Origin: Octopus bimaculoides
Lineage: Eukaryota
Length of the DNA: 63,725 nucleotides
Assembly (NCBI RefSeq): GCF_001194135.2
Contig: NC_068982.1
Span: 4,266,417 to 4,330,141 of the forward strand
Reading direction: 5' to 3'
Shown piece by piece: positions 25,709 through 38,110 of this stretch. The notes below the pieces were generated by a model, which was given only the letters and a program-made list of their open reading frames with translations, was not told the DNA's origin and searched no databases. The stretch's first letter is position 1, and the number at the start of each line of letters is the position of its first letter. Both the position numbers and the translations under genes were made by a program.

Positions 25709-26796
25709 TATATAAATAAATAAATACATATATATAATATATATTAGTTAAGCCTATGTCCGGTCTTAGAGTGACCAATGGTTTCGCATCCACAAAGGCC
25801 TTAGACCCATGAACGTCTGGTCAAACTCTAAAGCCGAAGACAATGTAACTCTTCCCCTTTCGGAGGCAGGAATCCCCTGCAGTCATTTGGTCAGTAAGTC
25901 ACCAAATAGAAAGGTCAGTGGGGCCCCATTTAAGCGACCCTTCAGAAATTGAACCACCTTATGATACTCCTTGAGATTTCATTGCATGACAATGCTTATT
26001 TGCGGCTAAGGTTTTACCTATTATTTCTAGCAATGTAGGTGCTACCTTACACCGTCAGTGACAATTAGCGACAACTGAGTTCGTCCTTTTTGGTTTTATA
26101 TTGTTTAAAGCTGCCGACGTAATCTTTTTCATATATATATATATATATATGAAAAAAGAACTCACTATTCGAATGGACCATAAGAACTCACTATTTAAAT
26201 GGACCATAAACAAAACTTGACTGTAAAAAGGATTTAGATAGTCCTATCAGGTGGTGCTATTAACTTAGACATGGCCTGGACCAATCTTTGGTCGAAACAT
26301 ATCTAAGTTATATATATATTCATATAGTGGCTGTTGACTCGTAGGTGAGGGTGACCATCGCTAGAAATGATCTTATCCCAGATGTTAAAGGCAATGGAAT
26401 GTCAACAATACTCGAGCTTAAATCAAATACATTATCCACAACACTGCTGTGCTTCTCACCCAAGTAGTTCCGAAGCAAGCACGATCTTTAGGAATTCCTT
26501 TCTTCTAGAGAAATAGCTAAACAAAGACTTAGCGGGAGGGGGTCTCTCAATACCAGCTGTTGGATGGCTGTTGATTCTACTGGGTTCATCCCTCCTTTGA
26601 CAGGTTTTGTTGTTCATCCGATAGGGTCTCTAACGAAAGCCACCACCCCTACATACCTTGGTAGGGTTGCTGGTTTAGTAGCCGACAGCCCGAGTGTGCA
26701 ATGTTCTGTACTGGGTAACATATTAGCAGTAACACTAAGACTTAGCTGATATGCATACAGACACGCACAACTACTTACATATATATATAATTGGCG

Positions 26797-27040
26797 GGCG
26801 CAGGCGTGGCTGTGTGGTAAGAAGTTTGCTTCTTAATCATGTGGTGTTGGGTTCAGTGCTTCTGTGAGGCATCTTGGGCAAGAGTTTTCTACTATAGTGG
26901 CAGTTCGACGTACATAAGAAGCCCATTATAAATAGATAGATGTATCTTTATGTTTCTGTTTGGTCGACTGAACCCTTCAAAGTCGTGCCCCAGCATGGCC
27001 GCAATGCCGTGGATTAAACAAAAGTTAAAAGAGATAAAAA
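26797..27040 (+). mobile_element. SINE family B, internally deleted
   Basis: GGCGCAGGCGTGGCTGTGTGGTAAGAAG head, GGCATCTTGGGCAAG core, GCCCCAGCATGGCCGCA tail. Confidence 0.8.
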
Positions 27041-28315
27041 AATACATAATGCGTTTGTGTTTGTGTGTGAAAGGCCGAGAGAGAAAGAAAGAAAGAATAA
27101 GGAAAGAAAACGAGTGACGTTCACTCACGCATCGATGTACATACATGTCTGTGTGTGTGTACAGGTGAGTGTATTAGTGTGTGTGTGTATATGGGTGCGT
27201 GTGTATATGTGTGTGTGTGTATGGATGTGTCTGTGCGTGCGGGCATTCGGTAAGTACACTTTATTGATTAAAACGTAATAAGGTCTTAGATGATCAGCCT
27301 GCAAGTTTTCAGCAATATGGCGGATGTGCAGAACACAGCAAGCAGTTTTCTAAATCTTTATATTTTTGCATTTTATTTTATTTTATTTCATTTTATTTTA
27401 TTTCAGTTTTAAGTTCAGAGGTCAGAAAAATTTTAACTCATTTTTATGATACTTCGGAGAAACAGTTCTTGGCCATATATAAAGCACGTCTTAATTCACA
27501 GAGAGAGAGTTAATTAGAGTTCGTTTGACAGCCGTTAGAAATAGTTAATACATCAACGCAGCATGATTCCCAGGGTAATTACTATATCTCAGCACAGTTG
27601 AATTTTTAAAAACAAGCGTAGGAAGCGGCGGGGGTGGGCTGGGGGCGGTGCTATTGGGTATATCTCATAAATAATGCAGCGTAGGACTGTGAAATTACAT
27701 TTTCAGATGTGCCCTTATGGAAGCCGTGGTATATATTGATCTCCGGGATTCTCAAGTGTAAATAAATCACCCGAAACGATGTGAAAGTGCATATATNNNN
27801 NNNNNNNNNNNNNNNNNNNNNNNNNNNNNNNNNNNNNNNNNNNNNNNNNNNNNNNNNNNNNNNNNNNNNNNNNNNNNNNNNNNNAGAGAGAGAGAGAGAG
27901 AGAGAGAGGAAGGTGATTACATGTTTAAAACTGGATATATACTATATACGTGTATATATGCGTATTCCTTCACTGATACCAGTCACTGGGCTGTGCATAC
28001 CCCCCCACCCCACCCCACTGTGTATGTTTGTATCTGTATACACGTGGTACTTGTACATCCCTATATTCATGAATGTACCTGTGTTTCTATACGTATGTAT
28101 ACACGTTAAGAAAGATCAAGAAGAGGTGAAGTCGTGCGAGGAGAAGACAGTCACCGTCTGTATGTATATATGCATACATATGTATGTACTGTGTGCTTTT
28201 GTACACTCGTGGGTATTTGTGTGTGTACGTGTGAGTTGAGACGTGTAGCAAATAAGTTAAAACCCTGTCAAAGCTGACTCGGTCATAGCTGCTGCTGCTG
28301 AGTTCAATCAATGTA

Positions 28316-29593
28316 TCAGGCTGAGTAAGAAGTAAGCAGCGTTTTGAATCATGCAATTCATCACAATACATATTAACAATTTTATTCCTCAAAATAAGCA
28401 CCATTACAATCAACAAGTTTTTGCCAACGAGTTACAAGTTTGTTTAATTCCAGTAACATAAAAATCTGGAGTTCCGGAGCTGATGGACTCTTTGAATGCA
28501 CTTTCAGCATCGGTTTGATTTTTGAACTCTTTCTCTCGCAGGAAACCATCAAGGTGCTTGAAAAAGTGGTAGCCGATAGGAGAAAGGTCTGGGGAATATG
28601 CTGAGTGGGGAAGAACTTCGTAGCCAAGTTCCCTCAACTTCTGGAGCATCATTAGTGAAACGTGTGTTCGAGCATTGTCATGAAGAATGATTGACTCTTT
28701 TCTGTTGTCGTGTCTGGGACAGAAAAGTAGCATTTTTTCGTTCATTTTGGCAATTTCATGGAAATATGCTTCTGCAGTAATGGCTTTTCCGGATTTTAAG
28801 AAGTTATAGTGGATGAGTCCAGCAGTACACCACAAAACAGTCACGATAACCTTCTTTTTGAAGAGCTCGGGTTTAGGGAAGGTTTTCGGTGCTTCATTTT
28901 GGTTCTACCACTGCGTAGAACGTTTTTTATTATTGTACAAAATTCACTTTTCATCGCAAGTTACAATACAGTCGAGAAATGAATCGGTCTAGTTACGGAG
29001 AAGATGCGAAGAGCAAATTTCATATCCGCGAATTTTCTGATTTTCATTCAAATCGTATGCTATCTATTTGTCGAGCTGTTTTGATTTTCCGATCGCATGT
29101 AAATAGTTGTAGGCAGTTTTCTGACTAACTTGAAATTTTTTTTGCCAGTTCTCGATTGGTTATACGTGGATCTTTCTCAATGACGGTCTTTAATTGAGCA
29201 TCATCGATGACAGATGAGCGTCCACTTCACTTACGATCTTCAAGGCTCAGGTCTCCACTGCGAAGTTGTTTAAACCATTTTCGAGCTGACCACTCACTGG
29301 TCATTTCCTCACCAAACGTTTCGGTGATATCACAAGCAGTTTCAGCTGCTTTACGTCCTTTTTTGAAGATGAATAGTAAAATTGCTCGAATATTGCGCTT
29401 TGACCGTTCCAATTTTGATGATTGTAACAACGGTGAAAAAAACATCAATGTTAATTTATTGAAGCATTTGGGCAAGTCTTTGTTTTGTATTATCAAACAA
29501 TTGCCAAAAAATGTTTAAAAATTCAAAACTCTGCAAAAATCAGGTACAATTTCCTCATGGTTCAAAACGTTGCCCACTTTTTAGTGAGCCTGA
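28316..29593 (-). mobile_element. Full-length (1278 bp) mariner, Hsmar1/cecropia-like, inactivated
   Basis: Imperfect TIRs TCAGGCTGAGTAAGAAGTAAGCAGCGTTTTGAA / TCAGGCTCACTAAAAAAGTGGGCAACGTTTTGAA with flanking TA. Frames give IRAILLFIFKKGRKAAETA, VTCDEK, LHDNARTH, YSPDLSPIGY (third catalytic D changed to G), RWQKLVDCNGAYFE; frameshifted. Confidence 0.92.
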
Positions 29594-29804
29594 TATATAC
29601 CAAAGTATTGGATCTCGTTATATTATGGTAAACGTTCTCGATATGGGTGTCCCAATTTGGCCTCAGTATAATTAATGAAACCCGTAAATGAATAAATTAA
29701 AATTATGTATGTACATGTGTAACTGGGGATTCTAGTTTTCTGCTATCATACCGTTAACCTTCACTACCACAAATATAATTAATAAATAAGGATAAACATG
29801 AAAT

Positions 29805-29858
<54 letters not shown>

Positions 29859-29949
29859 GTCAGTTGTTAGAAAGAAAAGTCGACGAATAACAGGATAACA
29901 GGGAAGAGATGCGACTGAGTTAATAAATTCTACCATATATACGTATGCC

Positions 29950-29992
<43 letters not shown>

Positions 29993-30759
29993 AAGCGGCT
30001 AACATATACAATGAGCGAACCTACTTAGAATATCAACAAGATCATAATCACTTCCTCTGAGGCGAAACTTAATGACACTGGATTTAATTAATTTTTCAGA
30101 TAATTGGATTTAAGCTGCTCTTCCATATAGTTTCAGTTCGTCTTCGTCCATTTAATTATTATCGTTGAAAGCTTAACGTAGTTAACTGATTTATATACAC
30201 GCCTGATTTTTCTGCTCATCTATGCACTTACGATTCTGTACATAAAATATAATCGATATGAACACTTGATAAAATTAAACATATGAGAAATCCAGGATAC
30301 AACCACAAGAAGCTAACTAATGAAGTATATTTCAAAATACTTGATACAGTACGAGGATTCACTATGAAAATGAAAAGCTACAATTGTGATGTCGTTATTG
30401 TATACTATACAAAATTTGAATACATTTGATATAGAAGGTACTAAAGATTAAGTGTACAATAATTGTACCATACAATGCACATTCTGTTATTAACTGCTCC
30501 ACTAGCCGTAACCTAGTAATACACAACGTGAGAAGACTTCCGAAGAACCGATGAAAACAGTAGACAAGACAAGGAAAATGAACCCATCAACGGGAATATT
30601 GATAATATTAAACCAGCTGACAAGACAGGAATAGTTAATAACAGACGGAATTCGGACACTAATACCAACACAACACAAACTGCAGTGGGTGATGGTAATA
30701 AACTAAGGGGAAGCAGAGACATGTAGCAGGAACTATAACACAATAAATAATAGGGACAG

Positions 30760-31190
30760 TGAACTAGGTCTCTGTAAATGTTCTAGGGATAAAGTATGCC
30801 CCTTAAACTCTAGCTGTTTGACGAAGAACCTAGTATATAGATGCAAAATCACTTCCGAAGGAAGGACGTACTTCTATATAGCGGCCAGTTCGCTAAATTT
30901 CAGAAAAAGACTTGCTAATCATTTAAATTCATTTAGAGATAGAAGTAAGATGATCAACACGAACCTAGGCAAAGTAATCTGGTCCCTTAAAAATAGGAAC
31001 CATAGCTATATCACAGAGTGGGAGGTGATTAGTACAGCTAAACCGTATCGTGCGGGAGAAAATAGATATGAGCTTTGTATAGAAGGAATATAGCAAATCT
31101 TCACATCAAGACACAAATTACTTAATAGTAGACTGAAACAGGCTTTAAGATGCTTGCATAAACATACCAAAATATTTCAGAAATTTAACG
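30760..31190 (+). mobile_element. Penelope-like element GIY-YIG endonuclease C-terminal fragment
   Basis: CKC..VCPLNSSCLTKNLVYRCKI..YFYIAAS..FRKRLANH..SF..W.LK..W..I..AKPY..LC..LLNSR..CLHKH. Confidence 0.85.
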
Positions 31191-31786
31191 AACGTTCTAG
31201 ACAACTCAATATCCCACCCACAGATGGATGGGATAAGAAGGAAAGAAGCCCATATCCCAAAACTTCACAAATACATGGCTTTGTCATAACTAACCTAGTA
31301 TATATTCAGTCTGTTTTCTACTACCCAGCAGAAATAATATAGTACGAAAATATATGAATAACTAAAAACATTACAAGTTCTGCCCAGCTACTACAATACA
31401 CAATGAAGCCTGCCAAAACAGTAACATTAAGCTCGACCTAATTAGATAGAATCCTGACTTCGGCCAGCAACTGGTGTGAAACCAAGGTCAACCACACAAG
31501 TTTACAATTTCACATTCAAAACAACCTCCCATCACTTCTCTCTGAACCTTAACTAACAAACAACTAATTGTTTTCAGTTCGCTTCGAGACTAGCTGGTGG
31601 ACAAACCCTGAATGAAACTGTACAGAAAATTATGCCCGGTTCCATGTGCAACTACCCATACTATATGCAGTGGAAACACGTGTAGGTCGTAATAACCATA
31701 AAATATGCTTTGTGAAATTGTAAAATAAAAGGTAATAAATTTTGAGGATGAAGAAGTCTCCATATTCTATATCGCTATAATTATTG

Positions 31787-31817
<31 letters not shown>

Positions 31818-31826
<9 letters not shown>

Positions 31827-32260
31827 GAAATTTATAGAAAAACAAAAGACGAAGACAGATGTATAAACAACAAGCAGGTGTATTAGTTTGAGGCACAGGG
31901 AAGTGAGAAAGTCTTTTACATTTCAAGGCTCCGCTCTTCAACAGAAAGGAATAAGAGAAAATAAGCAGAGAGAGAATAAAAAGCCTGTGGATTTAGCGAT
32001 CAAGTATGGCGACTGGTTGGGGGAAAAAGTTTGACAAGAGAAGTAGAAAGAAGGGGAGATAATAAAGTATTGGGGATCCCAAAATGAAGGTGCGCGAGCG
32101 TCTGTGTATGTGAGAATGTGTAGTGACTTTGACGTGTGGATGTGTGCGTGTGTAAGTGTGTGCCTGTGTATATATATGTATGTGTGTATGTAATACGGTT
32201 AGTAGCAGGTATTTTGATGGTATATCTGTGTAACCGAGGGACCCGCAGATTAATCTTCAT
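31818..32260 (-). mobile_element. Penelope pLTR/3'UTR-like repeat ending at (TA)n
   Basis: 31818-31890 is the reverse complement of 51420-51495 (CTAATACATCTGTTTGTTGTTTACACACC.GTCTTCGTCTTTTG); adjacent to the GIY-YIG fragment. Confidence 0.55.
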
Positions 32261-34184
32261 GTATTAAGAGAGGTGAATTAGTAATTTAATACAACACTAA
32301 AATTAAAATGCATTCAGTTAGTTTGATCATCATGTAAATTCCAACTTCACAGCTTTCGATTTTGATTTTCATCATTCTGGAGCACATAAAACAGATACCA
32401 TTATTACAAAATTAATTGATATAAGCTCATTATATCGATAAAGTGGATTGCATTTCTAGTTAGATGTCATTTAACTACGCACAACAAAAGGGAAACTGAA
32501 TGTAGCGCGCTGTCTTTGTTTTCTGTAGCAACATAAGAATATGGTAGATCATTACTTGCAAAGTAATTAAATATTCTTTTTTTTTATCGATGTTTTAAAG
32601 ATGTACAAAATTTCAATCGGAGAAAGAATGGGATATTTTTTAAAATCTAATACAGTATTTAGGAATTAATTCTTTATCGCTAGTAATTAAACAGTTTTTT
32701 TCTCTTACGAGCGAGATTACTATAAGTTGCTTCTGCAAAGCAACTTATAGTATAAATCAACGTTTTAAATTAACGTAACAGTGAATTCTGTTTATATTAA
32801 ATTTAATTATTTTACGACGCGTTGTGTGAGCGTCAGTAATTTTATATCAAGATTAAAGAATCGAGGCCCAATTTTAGACTTTTAGTTTCCCTTTTTGTTT
32901 ATTTTCCATTCCTAAATCTATTTCAAACCAATTCTAGATTACGCTGTTTCTTTAAAATAGGTTACTGTCATCATTATCTGTATTCAAATTTCGATTTGTT
33001 GCGTATTTGCTTTCATACCAAGATATATTTATATTCACTTTTCTTTGTTGTTTCCACCTTTTATCTTCATAAAAATTGTCATCTGATATCGTTTTGTTTT
33101 TAGCTTTCTCTTTTTAGTGGATAAAACATTACATTTTCCTTCTTTCTATTTAAATTTGTGTTCATATCTATCCAATTCTTATAAATATATATTTCCAGTC
33201 AATCTTAAAACATTCACCAAAATATACGAAGAAAGACTGTTTCTTGCTAAGGATTCAACCAACTAAAGAACTATTTATAATACAAACGCATCGATATGTT
33301 TTAAATGCATTAGAATATTACTAAAAAAAATCATCCATGCATCTAAAGAGTTCGTCTACATAGAATTCTGAAAAGATTAAAAATCTATAGAGCAACTTCA
33401 AACACTGATATTTTATTAAAACTGGAATGAAGAAAAATTACTTTTAATGAAATCTGGATTTCAATAACTACTTTACCAAATCTGGCAGTAGTTATTATTT
33501 TGGCTTTTCCAAACTTTGTTCGATTATATTCTTACATTTTCCATATAAGCAAAATTGATTGCAAAAACTTTGTTAGAACGATTGAGTGTTATGAATATTT
33601 TCAACAGACTTGTAACACATTTTTATATATTACAAAAACAGAGACTGAAGAGATAAAATCTTTCCGTATTTCATGAAGAGAAGAATTATGTCTGCTAATT
33701 CTCTAGAAAACTTTTCTGAAGCATTTTAGATTAAATAATCAGGTTATACCATTAAATTAAACCGATTCTAATTAATTGCTGCAGAAACTAACAAATCATC
33801 CGAACGACAAAAGGTTGAAAATGATATATCGTTATATGTTTTATTTCCCGAGAGAAAATTATTTAAAAGCAATAATGGTGTTGAAATTGTTGTTTTTAGA
33901 ACAGGGTTCCAAGCGATAATTTTATAATTCATCGTTTCGGGTGGCTTATGTGTGAATATATTTTAAATGTCGATATATCCTCAATTAATACTATACAAAG
34001 TAAATAAGAAGAAAATATCAAATAATTATAGTCATATAAATTATAGACGGAACAATATTGTAATGATCAACATAAGTTTTTCAACAAACTTATGAATCTC
34101 ATGAAAAGAATTCGGTGTCAACATTAATGTTAATACTTAACCATCTCTAAATATATCGTCGAAAGACAAATTACTGCAATATTC

Positions 34185-34640
34185 TTCCAGATATAACATC
34201 TCTGATGGGTGTAATGTGTTTAAAAACGCGCGCGCGCGCGCGTGTGTGTGTGTAGACATCCGTGGGAGATGAAAAATAATCACAGTAGTGGCTTGTAAGA
34301 ACGCCAAATGCATATGAATGACGTGTACTCGCAGCCAGACACATGCCTAAACGAGATTTGTCACCTCCAATGCATAGAAAACAGTGAATAAAATATTTTG
34401 TATTATCAGAAGCCACCTAGCCGAATAAAAACCCTATATACGCAATAGAAGAAGTATTAGTTTTAAATAATCATCTCTGTATCATACTACGTGGTTGAAA
34501 GTTAAATTACTGATGAGGCTCAAGTTGGCCGAAATGCATTTGGCGTCCTCGATAGCTGCTTCTTGCACGAATTTTGTTTCCGACTTATGTATATTGTATT
34601 TCTAAACACATCACATCTATGAGAGATGATATCACCTCTA
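34185..34640 (+). mobile_element. Old hammerhead-containing repeat with inverted arm, family H3
   Basis: 34185-34312 is a diverged reverse complement of 34533-34640 (e.g. CGCCAAATGCAT vs ATGCATTTGGCG). Confidence 0.55.
34507..34543 (+). ncRNA. Type I minimal hammerhead motif, intact core, weak stem I
   Basis: TTA-CTGATGA-GGCT caagtt GGCC-GAAA-TGCA-TT-TGG. Confidence 0.6.
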
Positions 34641-34850
34641 TTATGGATGTAGTCAAATATCTGGTCAACAAAATATGCAAGTAATTGTTTAAATTCTAAC
34701 AAGTATATCCTATCTAACGGAAAACTTATCGGAAAGTGACGTTTGTTTTGTAATGAATTTAGTGCGCTTTTCTTCCACTAAGGAATATATGTGTGTATAC
34801 ATTCATATATACGTACACTCATATCTATATCTACCTATCTGTCTGTCTGT

Positions 34851-34854
<4 letters not shown>

Positions 34855-34930
<76 letters not shown>

Positions 34931-34948
34931 CGATCTATCTATCTATCT
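34855..34948. repeat. (TCTA)n microsatellite
   Basis: Directly visible. Confidence 0.95.
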
Positions 34949-34963
34949 TTGTATATGCACATA

Positions 34964-35187
34964 CAAGGGGTGCTAAAAGGTTCCTGGCTTTAGGCAAAAA
35001 AAAAGGAAGAAATACATGAGGATCAGTTAATCATGATTTTATTCAACATATCCCCCTCTCAGATTCACACACTTATTGTAGCGGTCTTTCAGATTTTCTA
35101 AGCCCCGTAAAAGAAATCGGAAGGTTGGTCTTGCAATCAGGCCTTTCACGACGCCCTTCAAGCTAGGAACTTTTCAGCGCCCCCTCG
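34964..35187. mobile_element. Mariner-derived MITE (~224 bp) with TA TSD
   Basis: TA-CAAGGGGTGCTAAAAGGTTCCTGGCT ... AGCTAGGAACTTTTCAGCGCCCCCTCG-TA imperfect TIRs. Confidence 0.8.
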
Positions 35188-35191
35188 TATA

Positions 35192-35227
<36 letters not shown>

Positions 35228-35253
35228 TGTATGTATGTATGTATGTATGTATG

Positions 35254-35289
<36 letters not shown>

Positions 35290-35602
35290 NNNNNNNNNNN
35301 NNNNNNNNNNNNNNNNNNNNNNNNNNNNNNNNNNNNNNNNNNNNNNNNNNNNNNNNNNNNNNNNNNNNNNNNNNNNNNNNNNNNNNNNNNNNNNNNNNNN
35401 NNNNNNNNNNNNNNNNNNNNNNNNNNNNNNCCAAGATTAGAAAAGAATATATATTGCGTGTATATATATATTTAAAATTGAATAAAACCAAGCAGTGATG
35501 AATACACATGTACTTGTACACGAACAAAGTCGATGGTAATGATGATAATAATATAACGTAATATAAATTAAAGATTTTGGTGCATGACTTGTGTATATGT
35601 AT

Positions 35603-35652
<50 letters not shown>

Positions 35653-36270
35653 GTATGAGAAAAAGTATCAAAGGTCAATATAATCGATTAAAGCCGCTAA
35701 AGATATTGCTCTAGCTTGGCCGCCACGAAATGACTGAATCTAGCAAAAGAAGATTATGAAGGGCCATGGAAAGTTGAACATATACAGGATAGAAACAATT
35801 TATGAAATAGGCAAAAGTTCATTGATTTGGAAGAAGTAGTGAATGGATTCATGAAATCGCAGAACTTAATCGGTATTTATTTTTTGTCGATGCAGGATGT
35901 CTGTGGTAATAAAAGTCAGCTTTGGCAGCATTTGGACTCTGAATCTAAGGAATATAAGAAGACGCACGCAAATCCGTCACGATATATTGTCCGATGCTTT
36001 AGTGAGTCTGTTACACTTACCACCTTATTAATAATCCATTCGGGATGGATTTAAATTTTCCTATATCGGCAAAAATCTGCAGATCTGTAGAGACTTTTTT
36101 AAAAAGAAATTTATGACGTTCATATCTTTTTCGAAAACATTATGGACATCGAAAGTGACAAACAGTTTTCTATAAAATGCTCTTTCTGTAACGGTCCTTC
36201 CAATTGCTAAATGAATGCAAAAAACTCTTTCGTTTTAATAATAAATTACACTGGCCAACAACTATTTTTG

Positions 36271-36502
36271 TTATTTCTTTATTGCCCACAAGGGGCTAAA
36301 CATAGAGAGGACAAACAAGGACAGACACAGTGCTTAAGTCGATTACATCGACCTCAGAGCGTAACTGGTACTTAATTTATCGACCCCGAAATAATAAAAG
36401 GCAAAGTCGACCTCAGCGGATTTTGAACTCAGAACGTAACGGCAGACGAAATACTGCTAAGCATTTCGCCCGGCGTGCTAACGATTCTGCCAGCTCACCG
36501 CC
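36271..36502 (-). mobile_element. SINE family A with alternative 3' tail, inserted in the left TIR region
   Basis: Head and body match family A; tail is CTGTCCTTGTTTGTCCTCTCTATGTTTAGCCCCTTGTGGGCAATAAAGAAATA; imperfect duplication TGG(C/G)CAACAACT(A/T)TTTT at 36252 and 36509. Confidence 0.85.
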
Positions 36503-37317
36503 TTTAAATGGGCAACAACTTTTTTTCTGCTGACCTAAGTTTGAGACCTGTTTTAGAGTAATTTGAGGTCACTGAGTTTTAAAATGGCAATAGTCTTTTT
36601 TTCTGTTACGTCTATTCTTTTTTCTATGGGCTGGTCCATATTGTCCCCACCCGTAGCTCCATGTTTGAAATGTTTGAATTCCCTTTACACTTTTTGTTAT
36701 ATATGTCGGTGTTTTACAGCACCAAGTAAAAGGATGAATGTTAATGACATTTTGAAAAGATCCTACTGGGCTTATTTATAAATTAAAGCTGGTGATCAAG
36801 ATAAATCATGGGCCCGCACAATGTATGTAAACCCTATGTCGAGAATCTATGCCAATAGACAAAGGGCACAAGGAAACAACTAACATTTGACATTCCTATG
36901 ATATGGTGGGAGCCAAAGAACCATGTAAACGATTGCTACTCTTGTCTCACAATGACTTCTGGTTATAGAAAATAAGTTACCTTAATCTGGATTCAGCAAT
37001 TTATCCAGTCCTTCACTCCGATGGAATACCAGAATCCGTTTTCAAGGACCTACCTTCACTGCAGGATGAACGTGATGATATATGTAAACCATGAACATGA
37101 CAGTGATATAGACTTTGTAGAAACATCAACCAAAGAACGTGAAAACTTCAACCAGGCGGAACTTGATGGTTTAGTCTGAGACCTAGGTCTGCTAAGAGAG
37201 TTATCAGAACTGTTAGCTTCTAGGCTTAAAGAGGAGAATTCGTTGCAGAAAGAAACAAACATGACTTTTTATCAGAAAAAGGAAAAAGATCTCTTGGCAT
37301 TCTTTACAACTGGAAAA

Positions 37318-38110
37318 GATTTTGTTAACTGTTGTGAAGTAGCGGGACAGTTAAACGTGATGGATGTTGAACAGTATGATTTTGTTAACTGTTGTGAAGT
37401 AGCGGGACTGTTAAACGTGATGGATGTTGAACAGTATGATTTTGTTAACTGTTGTGACGTAGCGGGACTGTTAAACGTGATGGATGCNNNNNNNNNNNNN
37501 NNNNNNNNNNNNNNNNNNNNNNNNNNNNNNNNNNNNNNNNNNNNNNNNNNNNNNNNNNNNNNNNNNNNNNNNNNNNNNNNNNNNNNNNNNNNNNNNNNNN
37601 NNNNNNNNNNNNNNNNNNNNNNNNNNNNNNNNNNNNNNNNNNNNNNNNNNNNNNNNNNNNNNNNNNNNNNNNNNNNNNNNNNNNNNNNNNNNNNNNNNNN
37701 NNNNNNNNNNNNNNNNNNNNNNNNNNNNNNNNNNNNNNNNNNNNNNNNNNNNNNNNNNNNNNNNNNNNNNNNNNNNNNNNNNNNNNNNNNNNNNNNNNNN
37801 NNNNNNNNNNNNNNNNNNNNNNNNNNNNNNNNNNNNNNNNNNNNNNNNNNNNNNNNNNNNNNNNNNNNNNNNNNNNNNNNNNNNNNNNNNNNNNNNNNNN
37901 NNNNNNNNNNNNNNNNNNNNNNNNCAGTATGATTTTGTTAACTGTTGTGAAGTAGCGGGACTGTTAAACGTGATGGATGTTGAGCAGTATGATTTTGTTA
38001 ACTGTTGTGACGTAGCGGGACTGTTAAACGTGATGGATGTTGAACAGTATGATTTTGTTAACTGTTGTGACGTAGCGGGACTGTTAAACGTGATGGATGC
38101 TGAACAGTAT
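37318..38110 (+). repeat. 60-bp in-frame tandem repeat (DFVNCCEVAGLLNVMDVEQY) within the transposase
   Basis: Units start at 37318, 37378, 37438 (partial), then 37931, 37991 and 38051 after an N-gap. Confidence 0.9.

Noticed and set aside
31454-31489. CTGAC..CCAG caa CTGG..GAAA-CCAAGG-TC downstream of the GIY-YIG fragment
   Set aside because: Core G8A9 is replaced by TT and there is no stem I pairing; at most a decayed remnant.
31912-31945. Minus-strand TTGAAGA...GAAA-TG-TA motif
   Set aside because: C3 is mutated and stem I does not pair in register.
37318-38110. Regular array that might look like a CRISPR
   Set aside because: Head-to-tail 60-bp units with no unique spacers, in frame within a eukaryotic transposase; no cas genes.
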